This document shows, in pieces, positions 27,593-38,951 of a DNA stretch of 61,375 nt. The stretch spans positions 186,001-247,375 of the forward strand of contig JAXLNO010000293.1 of the NCBI GenBank assembly GCA_038087875.1. The letters are read 5' to 3'. The position numbers and the translations under genes are program-made. Source of the DNA: Malacoraja senta (Eukaryota). The notes beneath the pieces are model-generated. The model was not told the origin of the DNA. It ran no database searches and saw nothing but the letters and a program-made list of their open reading frames with translations. The stretch's first letter is position 1; each line of letters begins with the position of its first letter.

Positions 27593-27779
27593 TCACGGAG
27601 GGGAAATGGAGGAGGATTGGCCAATTTTTTGTGCCTTCCACCACAGTGTTGAATGCTGTGGTGGATGTTTGTGTTACATTTTTTATTGTGGTTGTGTGTT
27701 CTTATTATTGTATCGCTGCTAACAACCCAAAATTCCACCAGCTTGGCTGTGTGGTCATTAAAATACTATAAATACTATA
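27593..27779 (+). repeat. Short insertion within Penelope, related to the 23772-24395 repeat
   Basis: Shares ggggaaatggagg...ccttccaccacagtg...; interrupts the GIY-YIG coding region. Confidence 0.65.
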
Positions 27780-28151
27780 CTATCTACATCGGTGAGACCA
27801 AGATCGTTTCGCCGAACACCTCCGCTCGGTCCGCATTAACCAACCTGATCTCCCGGTGGCTCAGCACTTTAACTCCCCCTCCCATTCCGATTCCGACCTC
27901 TCTGTCCTGGGCCTCCTCCATGGCCAGAGTGAGCACCACCGGAAATTGGAGGAGCAGGACCACATATTCCGCTTGGACAGTCTGCACCCTAGCGGCATAA
28001 ACATTGAATTCCCCAATTTCCGGTAGCGCTTGCCGTCTCCTCCCCTTCTCAGCTCTCCTTCAACCCTCTGGCTCCTCCTCTTCCTTTTTCCTTTCTTCTC
28101 CGCGTCACCCCCCCTCCCCCTCCCACCCCACCCCCCCCCCACCCTACATGA

Positions 28152-28182
28152 GTCTGAAGCAGGGTTTCGGCCCGGAACGTTG
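28152..28182 (+). ncRNA. Degenerate minimal hammerhead ribozyme motif of Penelope
   Basis: gtCTGAAGcagggtttcggcccGgAACgt: CUGAnGA-stemII-GAAA layout with substitutions in the core. Confidence 0.45.
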
Positions 28183-28283
28183 CCTATTTCCTTCGCTCCA
28201 TAGATGCTGCTGCACCCGCTGCGTTTCTCCAGCACTTTTGTCTACCTTCGATTTTCCACCATCTGCAGTTCCTTCTTAAACAC

Positions 28284-28718
28284 TGAGTCTGTGTGAGTCT
28301 GTGTGAGTCTGTGTGAGTCTGTGTGAGTCTGTGTGAGTCTGTGTGTGTGTGTCTGTTCGTGTCAAGTCTGTTCGTGGCAAGATGGCCCTGACTGCAGAAG
28401 GCATAGTGAAGACGTCGTTGAATAATTCAAGAGATCTGACTGCTCTGTCTATGTTGAGTGTGTTTGTTGGACGTTATTTAATGCACGTTTTTGCTTCAGC
28501 AGCAGCAGCCTCGACAGGAGGCTTTATACGTTTGAATCATTCGGTTTACACACTGTATGTTCACCACGTTCTGAAGTTACTTGGCATTTTAGTATTGGAT
28601 GTGTGTGAGTGTGTGAGTGAGTGTTTGTGTGTGTGTGAGTGTGAGTGTGAGTGTGTGTGTATGAGTGTGTGTGTGTGAGGCTGTGTGTGTGAGAGTCTGT
28701 GTGTGTGTGAGTGTGTGA

Positions 28719-28753
<35 letters not shown>

Positions 28754-28946
28754 TGAGTCTGTGTGTGTTTGTGTGTGGGTCTGTGTGTGTGTGAGTCTGT
28801 GAGTGTGTGTGTGAGTGTGTGAGTGAGTCTGTTTGTGTGTGTGTGAGTCTGTGAGTGTGTGTGTGAGTGTGCGTGTGAGGCTGTGTGTGTGTGAGTTTGT
28901 GTGTGTGTGAGTCTGTGTGTGTGTGCGTGTGTGTGTGTGTGTTTGA

Positions 28947-29014
<68 letters not shown>

Positions 29015-29200
29015 GTGTGTGAGTGAGTCTGTGTGTGTTTGTGTGTGAGTCTGTGTGTGTGTGAGTCTGTGTAAGTATGTGTGTGTCTGTGTGTGTCTTA
29101 GTCTAGTCTGAGATATAATTACACCATTCAAATCCTATCACGTATTCAATTCTCAGATTGTGTGGGTCTGTGTGTGTTTGTGTGAGTCTGTTTGTGTCTA
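28284..29200. repeat. (GTGTGAGTCT)n/(TG)n microsatellite tract with a unique insert
   Basis: Direct inspection. Confidence 0.9.
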
Positions 29201-30058
29201 CACACATAACGACGCAGTGAGCAGCAACAAGAGACACTACAAGAACGAACTTAATAATTCTCATCTTTAACATTTAAATTGTTCTTATATTTTAAAAGTC
29301 ATTCACATATTAAACTTTAATAAATCCTTTTTCCACTTTTCATGCCTGCGTGTTCTTCATCACAATCGGAACCTAATGGGCAGGAATGGATGCTCTGTGT
29401 GAGTGCGTGGTGGGAGGTTGTGGGGAGATGGACTGAATCCGTGGGGGGGGGGGAATGGCAAGGAGCAGAGTGGGAGGGTGAAGGGAGCAGGGGAGACTGA
29501 CTGCACTGCCAGCCTACGAGCCGTGAGTGACTGTACTGCCAGCCCACCGGCCGTGAGTGAGTGCACTGCCAGCCGACCGGCCGTGAGTGAGTGCACTGCC
29601 AGCCCACCAGCCGCGAGTGACTGCACTGCCAGCCCATCAGCCGTGAGTAAGTGAACTGCCAGACCACCAGCTGTAAGTGACTGAACTGCCAGCCCAATAT
29701 TACATTCAGTCCACCCTCTCCCCCTTCTCTCTCACAGAGTCTGTCACCTGTATTTCTGGGAGTTTCTCAGCTGCCAGCCTGCCAGGTCTGAGTGACTGTA
29801 CTGCCAGGCCTCAGTGACTGAGCTGCCTGACCTCAGCGACTGAGCTGCCAGCCCATGAGTCCATTCGGCCCACAATGTCCATACTAGCCCTCTGGACACC
29901 AGTACCTTCGGCACACAACACCCATACTAGCGCAACAGAAAGCCCCCCTCCCCCCTTACTGGCCAGCAATATTGGAATTGGTGGAGAGGCGGAATATTGC
30001 GTTGGGTGACCAGCCATCCCGTGTGATGCTGTGACCCAACGGGTCCCACTTAGTCTAG

Positions 30059-30898
30059 TCTGGGATATAATTACACCATTCAGATTCTATCACGTATTCA
30101 GTTCTCACGTTTTCTGCTGGGAGGATATACAAATCCATTCTGTTTCGCTGAGCAATTGTCCGGATGACCACCTCCTCCGCAGTAATTTCTTCCAAGGCAG
30201 GGAAATTAGCAACCTTTACTCACGCAGAGGCTATATTGATGCTCTCTCTCTCACCCTTTACCATGCGCTGGCAAGGAAATGCAAGAGCAAAGAACCTTTC
30301 CATGTTGACTGAGAGTACATTTGGGATAAGGACATATAGTGCCGAATAATATAAGCAAAATGAGGGAAATAATATGAGCCTCAACTATCCTGGGGCAAAC
30401 AGGGAATGTAGACAAAATAGGTACTATTGCAAGCACTATAGGATCTACCGAAAGGGGAAAACAGTTGTCCTGAAAAGGGTATCCAGTTGAACGGTTTCGA
30501 GCCGTAATGTGACTGAAGCCCACACGTGTACTGTCAAAGACATTGAGATTTCGACTGCACAAAGCGTTCCGTACTTTCGGGCCCCCGCTATATTGCCTGA
30601 CATGGCAAATTCCCCTTGTTGCCTTCTTTCACTAAAGGGCCCAGAATGGCCCAGGAAGAGGAACAGTAGGAACGGTTGTATTTGGGCTTGTATTTGCAAC
30701 GGTCCTTATGGTAGACATACAAGCAGACCTGAAGGTGGTAATGGTTCTGGGGCATGTACCACTCGGCCAGTTCCGAAACGTACAAAGCGATAGTCTTAAG
30801 GGGAATATCTACTCTTAATTGCATGGGCACACGTGTACACATCCAACATCTGGAAAGTGTATCTCTTTTTTCATGCGTGGCGGACATATATAACAATA
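30059..30898 (-). pseudogene. env: Retroviral env remnant (SU CXXC to TM ectodomain)
   Basis: Minus strand gives SRCWMCTRVP (CXXC), MERFFALAFP (fusion-peptide-like) and IRTIAQRNRMDLYILPAENVRTEYVIESEWCNYIPD (degenerate ISD plus CX6CC region). Confidence 0.7.
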
Positions 30899-32015
30899 CT
30901 AGACTAAGTGGGACCCGTTGGGTCCCATGTTCACACGGGAGGGCAGCTCACTCACGGTTGGTGGGCGAGCAGTTGACTCACGGCTATTCCTTGAAATTCC
31001 ATTTAAAGCAGGGTGCAAGGCCACCAAATTCAAATGCAGTTTCCTACTATTTCAAGCAGGGTGCAAGGCCACCAAATTCAATTGCAGTTTCATACCACTT
31101 CAAACAGGATGCAAGGCCACCGAATTCAAGTGCATTTTCCTACCACTTCAAGCAAGGTGCAAGGCCACCGAATTCAAGTGCAGTTTCCAACCACTTGAAG
31201 CAGGGTGCAAGGCCACCGAATTCAAGTGCAGTTTCATACCACTTCAAGTAGGTTGCAGGGCCAGCAAACTCAAGTACAGTTTCCTACCACTTCAAGCAGG
31301 GTGCAGGGCCACCAAACTCAAGTGCAGTTTCATGCCACTTCAAGCAGGTTGCAAGGCCACCAAATGCTAGCGCTGTTTAATGCCATTTCAAGCAGGGTGC
31401 AAGGCCACCAAATTCAAGTGCATTTCATACCACTTCAAGCAGGGTGCAAGACAACCAAATTGAAGTGAAATTTCATACCATTTCAAGCAGGGTGCAAGGC
31501 CACCAAGTTCAAGTCCAGTTTCACACCATTTCATGCAGGGTGCAAGACAACCAAATTCAAATGCAGTTTCATACCATTTCATGCAAGGTGCAAGACCACA
31601 ACATTCAAATGCAGTTTCATACCATTTCAAGCAGGGTGAAACCACCATAAAACCACCATAAAACCACACAAAACACCAGATAAACACCACACTCACAGTT
31701 CAGTAGACATTCAGTGTGTTCAGTTGATTCACAGCTCAGACAGAGTCGTGACCTCTCCTCCCCGTCTTGCAGAGTCTGAGCCACACCGACACTTCCGGGT
31801 TGTATAATCCCTCCCCCCTCCCACCGGAAGGGGCGTGGCTTTCATGGCGAGATTGACAGGAGAGAGATTCTCAACAATTTTTTTAACACTATTAACACTA
31901 TTATTTTTCATTGATTGATAGAACCCTCTGCACCTGATGAGCGGAGGGGGGACTGAGTAAAATGGCCAAAAATCACAGCCGTAAGTGGTAGCGTTTTATC
32001 CAAAATCAATATATA
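30899..32015 (-). mobile_element. Non-autonomous Helitron copy 3 (extreme 5' end missing)
   Basis: a|ctagactaagtgggacccgttgggtccca is the reverse complement of hairpin-CTAG|T; conserved 5' module at ~31690-32015. Confidence 0.8.
30995..31640. repeat. 48-bp tandem array (~13 copies)
   Basis: Unit aagcagggtgcaaggccaccaaattcaagtgcagtttcataccacttc. Confidence 0.95.
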
Positions 32016-32228
32016 GTGCAGCATTTCAAAGCAGTTACCACCACCAACAACCGTTTGCAGTGCAGCATTTTAAAGCAGTTACCACCACCAACAACTGTTT
32101 GTAGTGCAGCATTTCAAAGCAGTTACCGCCACCAACAACTGTTTGCAGTGCAGCATTTCAAAGCACTTACCACCACCAACAACAGTTTGCAGTGCAGCAT
32201 TTCAAAGCAGTTACCACCACAAACAACC
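32016..32228. repeat. 44-bp tandem array (~5 copies), inverted relative to 34868-35105
   Basis: Unit gcagcatttcaaagcagttaccaccaccaacaaccgtttgcagt. Confidence 0.9.
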
Positions 32229-32229
32229 G

Positions 32230-32431
32230 GGACGGAGCTGCCAGCCCACCAGGCCTGAGTGACTGCGCTGCCAGCACACCAGGCCTGAGTGATTGAGCTG
32301 CCAGCCTAATAATCAATTCGGCAGACAATGTCCATACTAGCCCTGGAAACCAGTCCATTCGGCCCACAACACCCATACTAGCGCTCTAGACACCCACCCC
32401 CCACTGGCCCAACTCGTCCCATTTAATCTTG
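32230..32431 (+). mobile_element. Helitron 3' module with degenerate terminus
   Basis: ctgccagcccaccaggcctgagtgactg...cacaacacccatactagcgc as in copies 1 and 2; ends gtcccatttaatcttg|t versus consensus gtcccacttagtctag|t. Confidence 0.65.
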
Positions 32432-34760
32432 TACCTAAATAAAATGTTACTATCCTCCTTTATATTCTTGGCTAGCTTACCTTCGTACATCATCTTTTCT
32501 CCCCGTATTGCCTTTTTTATTTTTCTTCTGTTGCTCTTGAAAAGTTACCCAGTCCTCTGGCTTCCCGCTCATCTTTGCTATGCTGTACTTCTTCGCTTTC
32601 ATTTTTATACTGTCCCTGACTTCCCTTGTCAGCCACGGTCGCCCCTTGCTGCACCTGAAATCTTTCTTCCTCTTTGGAATGAACTGATCCTGCACCTTCT
32701 GTATTATTCCCAGAAATACCTGCCATTTTTGTCCCACTGTCATCCCTGCTGGGGTATCTATCCAGTCAACTTTGGCCAGCTCCTCTCTCATGGCTCCATA
32801 TTCCCCTTTGTTCAACTGTAATACTGACACCTTCGATTTACCCTTCTCCCTCTAAAATTGTAGATTAAAATTTATCATATTATGGTCATTTCCTCCTAAT
32901 GGCTCCTTACCCTCAAGTTCCTTTATCAAATCCGGTTCATTACACAACACTAAATCCAGAATTGCCTTCTCCCTGATAGGCTCCAGTACAAGCTGCTCTA
33001 AGAATCCACCACAGAGGCACTCCACAAACTCCCTTTCTTGGGGTCCAGTACCAATCTAATTTATCCAGTCTACCTGCATGTTGAAATCTCTCATAACAAC
33101 CGTAGTATTATCTTTACAAAATGCCAATTTTAACGCTTGATTCACTTTGCACCCTATATCCAGGCTACTGTTTGGGGGCCAGTAGATATTTCCCATTAGG
33201 GTCTTTTTACACTTACAATTCCTCAGTTCTATCCATACTGACTCTGTATCTTCTGATTCCATGTCACCCCTCTCAAGGGACTGAATGTCATTCCTCACCA
33301 ACAGAGTTACCCCACCCCCTCTGCCCACCTGTCTGTCTATTCGATAGGACGTCTATCCATGAATATTCAGTTCCCAGCCCTGGTCCCCTTGCAACCATTC
33401 CCACAACATCATACTTGCTAATTTCTAACTGAGCCTCAAGCTCATCCACTTTATTTCAAATACTTCGCGCACTCATAAACAACACTTTGACTTCAGTATT
33501 CACCTCCCCTCTCACACCGGTCAATATTGGCCCTGACCTTAATCCGTCTCGAACTTTCCTTCCCATTACTCCTGGAGTCTTTTGTAATTTTTCCTGTGCT
33601 CGCTTTCCCTTTACCTCCATCTTTATACTCCCAATTTGTCAATCCGTCCCCCCACTATTTAGTTTAAACCCACACGTGTAGCACTAGTAAACCTGCCTGT
33701 CACAACGTTGGTCCCCCTCCAGTTAAGGTGTAACCCGTCCCTATTCTACGGGTCACCACTACCACAGAAGAGATCCCAGTGGTCTATAAAGCATTATCGT
33801 TGATCCCTGCACCAATCCACAGCCACTCATTCAGGTCCCCTACCTCCCTGTTCCCGCTCTCACTAGCATGTGTACTGGAAGCAATCCAGAGATAACCACC
33901 CCAGAAGTCCTGCTTTTCAATCTTCTTCCTAACTCTCTAAACTTGCGTTGCAGAAACTCCTTCCTCTTCCTCACGATGTCGTTTGTGCCCACGTGCACAA
34001 CTGCTGCCGGTTGTCCAACTTCCCTCTCGAGGATGTTCTGAAGTCGGTCTGTGATCTCTTTAACCCTGTCACCATGGAGACATCAGACCATCCTCCAGCC
34101 TCGGCTGCCGCCACAGAATCTCCAGTCCGTACCTCGGACAATGGAGTCACCCACCACTACAGGTCTGTCCGACGTCGGTCTCGCCGGTCGAATCTCATTG
34201 CTTGGGTTAGAGCCACCGACCTGTCCACCTGTCGGACTGGAAGCGTCGTCCGCCCCGACAGCTCCCTAAAGGGTTTGCCTGTTTTCATTAGGTTTTCATT
34301 CACACAGCCACCGGGGTCTCCTGCACTCTACGCTTACTCCTCGTTCTCACAGTCACCCACCTTCGCTCTTCCTGTAACCTAGGCGTCTCAATCTCACTGT
34401 TGGTCTTATCCACGAAACTCTCGTTACCTCGGATGGCCCTGAGGTCAACCAGCTGCTTCCGCAGTGCCCCAACGCGGGCCTTCAGGAGCTGAACCTGGAC
34501 ACACTTACCACAGTTGTAGCAGACAGAGGCACCATCAATGTCTCTGACCTCCCACATCCTGCAAGCCTCACACTGAATCAGCTTACCCGTCATGTGTTCA
34601 CCGCATCCCGTCCTCTCCAACTTTTGGCGTAATCTCCTCTCCACAATCTCCTCGCTGAAGACTCTCGAGCCAAAGTCAGGCACTTTTCTCACGAGGCACG
34701 TTTCTCACGAGGCACTTTTCTCACGAGGCACCTTTCTCACAAGACACATTTCTCACAATA
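32432..34760 (-). mobile_element. CR1 LINE 5' half (5' UTR, ORF1 with zinc finger and SGNH esterase, ORF2 endonuclease)
   Basis: LIQCEACRMWEV...CGKCVQVQLL and VHVGTND (ORF1); GRGGGVTLLVRN...ESVWIELRN (EN); 16-bp repeats at 34678-34757 in the 5' UTR. Confidence 0.85.
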
Positions 34761-35105
34761 TGGAGGAAGCGAGAAGGTCACGTCACTCTGAGCTGTGAAT
34801 AACACTGAACACATGTCTAATCAATTGTGAGTGCCCTTAATGTGGTTTGAAAATGAAAATGTGGTTTCTTTGAAATGCTGTACTGCAAACGGTTGTTGGT
34901 GGTGTTACTGCTTTGAAATGCTGCACGGCAAATGGATGTTGGTGGTGGTAAGTGCTTTGAAATGCTGCACTGCACACGGTTGTTGGTGGTGTTAACTGCT
35001 TTGAAATGCTGCACTGCAAACGGTTGTTGGTTGTGGTAACTGCTTTGAAATGCTGCATTGCAAACGTTTGTTGGTGGTGGTAACTGCTTTGAAATGCTGC
35101 ACTAC
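34760..35105 (+). repeat. Helitron internal fragment followed by the 44-bp array
   Basis: ggaggaagcgagaaggtcac...ctctgagctgtgaataa matches 24676-24720; then gaaatgctgcactgcaaacggttgttggtggt units. Confidence 0.7.
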
Positions 35106-35122
35106 AAAAGGTTAAAAGCTAA

Positions 35123-35559
35123 AGGGCCTATCCCACGGGCATGCGACTCCATGCGGCAAGCGCGACCTAACCGCAAGCGGGGGGCCGTGCGGGGGCCGCG
35201 CGGAGGTCGCGGGGCCGGTCCCACTTCGATCGCGGGAGCCGCATGGAGTTGTGCGGAGCTAGTCCCGACATCGCGCGGGGCTCCGAAAAACTGACACTGT
35301 TCAAAAATTCCGTGCGGCAACGGTCTGCCGCCCCGCAGCCGCATCGACGGCCGTGCGCACCGCCTCGCCGCCGTACGCACCGTCTTGACGTCACTCGACA
35401 TCCGCGCGGCCCCCGCTTCCGATTTGGTAGCGCTTGCCGCATGCAGCCGCATGCTGGTGGGACCGGCACTGTACGCGGATCACTCGACCTCCGCGCGGTC
35501 CCCGCTTGCGGTTAGGTCGCGCTTGCCGCATGGAGTCGCATGCCCGTGGGACAGGCCCT
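35123..35559. mobile_element. MITE with long TIRs, PIF/Harbinger-like
   Basis: TIRs agggcctatcccacgggcatgcgactccatgcggcaagcgcgacctaaccgcaagcggg and its reverse complement ending ...gtgggacaggccct; 3-bp TSD TAA (35120-35122, 35560-35562). Confidence 0.85.
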
Positions 35560-35562
35560 TAA

Positions 35563-35935
35563 CAAATCATTTATTGCAAGTACATTGCACACTCACAGTT
35601 CCGTTTATTCACAGCTGGGAATCACAGTTGTGGCCTCTCCCTCGCGATCTTCCAGAGTGACTGACTCGGGTCCAGGCGTCCGGGTTTTATTGTCCTGCTC
35701 CCCTCCGGAAGGGGCGTTACCTTCATCATGGTGATTGACAGGCGAGAGGACCAATCAGCTGATCTCAAGATTTTTTTATTTTTCATCGATCGGAAAAATC
35801 CGCGAGGCTGCCTCAGCGGAGGAGGACTGTGAGTAAGATGAACAAAAATCATAGCGCTATATGGTAGCGTTTTTTCTAAAATCAATATACAGCACAGACA
35901 GGAAGTGGTCAAGATGAGACTTTTAGTTATATAGA
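35563..35935 (-). mobile_element. Helitron 5' module
   Basis: Reverse complement reads a|TCTATATAACTAAAAGTCTCATCTTGACCACTTCC, as at 176 and 24404. Confidence 0.8.
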
Positions 35936-38900
35936 TGTGAAGAGGAAATAAATAGTTAGGACCAAATTTGGACCCTTGAGGACACAAAAGGGTGAATTTA
36001 TTATGGGGAACAAGGAAATGGCAGATGAGTTGAACAGATGCTTTGGATCCGTCTTCACTAATGAGAACACAAACAATCTTCCTGATGTACTAGTGGCCAG
36101 GGGATCTGAGGTGACGGAGGAACGGAAGGAAATCCACATTAGGCGGGAAATGGTGTTGGGTAGACTGATTGGACTGAAGTCTGCTAAATCCCAAGGGCCT
36201 GATGGCCTGCATCCCAGGGTACGTAAGGAAATGCTCTAGAAACCGTGGACGCATTGGTGATCATTTTCCAATGTTCTATAGATTCAGGATCAGGGAAGCT
36301 AATGCTATCCCACTTTTTAAGAAAGGCGGGAGAAAACAGGGAATTATAGACCAGTTAGCCTGACATCGATGGTGAGGAAGATGCTGGAATCAATCATAAA
36401 AGATTAAATAGCGGCACATTTGGATAGCAGTAACAGGAGAGGTCCGAGTCAGCGCGGATTTACGAAGGGAAATCATGCTTGACTAATCTTCTGGAATTTT
36501 AGAGGATGTAAATAGGAATTGGACAAGGAAGAGCCAGTGGAAGTAGTGTACCTGGACTTTCAGAATGCATTTGATAAAGTCCCACATCGGAGATTAGTGG
36601 GCAAAATGTGGGCACAAGGTATTGGGTGTAGAGTGCTGACATGGATAGAAAATTGGTTGACAGACAGGAAACAAAGAGTAGGGATTAATGGGTCTCTTTC
36701 AGAATGGCAGGCAGTGACTATTGGGGTACCGCATGACTTGGTGCTGGGAAACAGCCATTTACAATATACATTAATGATTTAGATGAAGGGGTTACAAGTA
36801 CCATTAGCAAATTTGCAGATGACACAAAGCAGGGTGGGAGTGTGAACTGTGAGGAGGATGCAGGGTGACTTGGACAGGTTGGGTGAGTGGGCAGATGCAT
36901 GGCAGGTGAAGTTTAATGTGGATAAATGTGAGATTGTCCACTTTGGTAGCAAAAACAGGAAGGCAGAAATCTTGAACCTTAAATCTTGAATCTTGAATCT
37001 AAATTGTGTCAAGTTGGAAAAGGGTAACTGTAAGGAGGATGCTATGAGAATGTCGTCGTCAAGTCTATTTGTCACATAGGCATACGAGATGTGCAGTGAA
37101 ATGAAAAGTGGCAATGCCTGCGGAATGTGCCTGCAGAATGCAGGCTGACTTGGACAGGTTGGATGAGTGGGTAATGTGGATAAATGTGAGGTTATCCACT
37201 TTGGTAAGCAACAGCAGGTAGGCAGATTGTTATCTAAATTGTCTCTAGTTGGGAAAAGGGGAAGTACAACGGGATCTGGGGGGTCCTTGTTCATAAGTCA
37301 ATAAAAGTAAGCATGCAGGTGCAGCAGGCAATGAGGAAAGCGAATGGCATATTGGCCTTCATAACAAGAGGAGTTCAGTGTAGGAGCAAAGAGGTCCTTC
37401 TGCAGTTGTACAGGGCCCTAGTGAGACCACACCTGGAGTATTGTGTGCAGTTTTGGTCTCCAAATTGGAGGAAGGACATTCTTGCTATTGAGGGAGTGCA
37501 GCGTAGGTTCACAAACTTAATTCCCGGTATAGCGGGACTGTCATATGCTGATAGAATGGTGCGGCTGGGCGTGTATACTATGGAATTTAGAAGGATTTAA
37601 GGGGTTCTTATTGAAACGTATCTGATTTTTAAGGGTTTGGACCCGTTAGAGGCAGGAAACATGTTCCCGATGTTTGGGAGTGGGGGGGGGGGGGTCCAGA
37701 ACCAAGCGCCACAGTTTAAGAATAAGGGGTAAGCCATTTAGAACGGAGATGAGGAAACACTTTTTCACACAGAGAGTTGGGTCTGTGGAATTCTCTGCCA
37801 CAGAATGCGGTGGAGGCCGGTTCTCTGGATACTTTCAAGAGAGAGTTAGATAGATCTCTTAAAGATAGCAGAGTCAGGGGATATGGGGAGAAAGCAGGAA
37901 CGGCGTACTAGAAACATAGAAACATAGACAATAGGTGCAGGAGGAGACCTTACGGCCCTTCGAGCCAGCACCGCCATTCATTGCGATCATGGCTGATCGT
38001 CCCCAATCAATAACCCGTGCCTGCCTTCTCCCCATATCCCTTGATTCCACTAGCCCCTAGAGCTCTATCTAACTCTCTCTTAAATCCATCCAGTGATTTG
38101 TCCTCCACTGCCCTCTGTGGCAGGGAATTCCACACATTCACAACTCTCTGGGTGAAAAAGTTCTTTCTCACCTCAGTCTTAAATGGCCTCCCCTTTCTTC
38201 TGGACTGTGGCCCCTGGTTCTGGATTCGCCCAACATTGGGAACATTTTTCCTGCATCTAGATTGTCCAGTCCTTTTATAATTTTATATGTTTCTATAAGA
38301 TATCCGCTCATCCTTCTAAACTCCAGTGAATACAAGCATAGTCTTTTCAATCTTTCCTCATATGACAGTCCCGCTATCCCAGGGATCAATCTTGTAAACC
38401 TACGCTGCACTGCCTCAATCACAAGGATGTCCTTCCTCAAATAAGGCGACCAAAACTGTGCGCAATGCTACAGATGTGGTCTTACCAGAGCCCCATACAA
38501 CTGCAGAAGAACCTCTCTACTCCTATACTGAACATCCTCTTCACAGTTCACACTGCCACCCAGCTTTGTGTCATCCGCAAACTTGCTAGTGTTGCTCCTA
38601 ATTCCCTATACTAAATCATTAATATATATGGTAAACAGTTACGGCCCCAACACCGAGCCTTTTGGCATTCCACACGCCACTGCCTGCCATTCTGAAAAGG
38701 ACCCGTGCACTCCTACTCTTTGCTTCCTGTCTGCCAACCAATTTTCTATCCACGTCAACACCCTACCCCTAATACCATGTGCTCTAATTTTAGTCACCAG
38801 TCTCCCGTACGGGACCTTATCAAGGGCTTTCTAAAAGTCTAGATACACTACATCCACTGATTGTGGATGATCAGCCATGATCATATTGAATGGCGGTGCT

Positions 38901-38950
38901 GACTCGAAGGGCCGAATGGCCTTCTCCTGCACCTATTTTCTATTGTCTAT
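35936..38950 (+). mobile_element. CR1 LINE 3' half (RT and 3' UTR), interrupted at 37908-38856
   Basis: GPDGLHPRV, VYLDFQNAFDKVPHRRL, LYRALVRPHLEYCVQFWSP; the 3' UTR resumes at 38857 and ends ttttctattgtctatt. Confidence 0.88.
37908..38856 (-). mobile_element. CR1 fragment inserted antisense into the 3' UTR of another CR1
   Basis: gaaacatagaaacatag tail at 37910; EAVQRRFTRLIPGIAGLSYEERL on the minus strand; internally deleted. Confidence 0.85.
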
Positions 38951-38951
38951 T

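Larger units (their letters stand above)
25831..28282 (+). mobile_element. Penelope-like element (RT plus GIY-YIG), 5'-truncated and decayed
   Basis: MDVQSLYTSIPHQDGL...QGIAMGTRMGPSF (PLE RT), FPCNRKRCYTC and IYIGETK (GIY-YIG); hammerhead-like motif near the 3' end. Confidence 0.9.
24404..30058 (+). mobile_element. Non-autonomous Helitron copy 2 (contains a satellite, a Penelope element and a microsatellite)
   Basis: A|TCTATATTACTAAAA at 24403/24404; 3' hairpin gacccaacgggtc then cttagtCTAG|T at 30055-30059; no TSD; the flanks rejoin into an env reading frame. Confidence 0.85.

Noticed and set aside
28355..28600. Unique insert in Helitron 2 as a RepHel helicase remnant
   Set aside because: Only a vague resemblance; no HUH or PIF1 motifs can be identified, so no autonomous Helitron is claimed.
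24770..32228. Regular 62-, 48- and 44-bp repeats as possible CRISPR arrays
   Set aside because: Head-to-tail units with no unique spacers, no cas genes, and a eukaryotic context.
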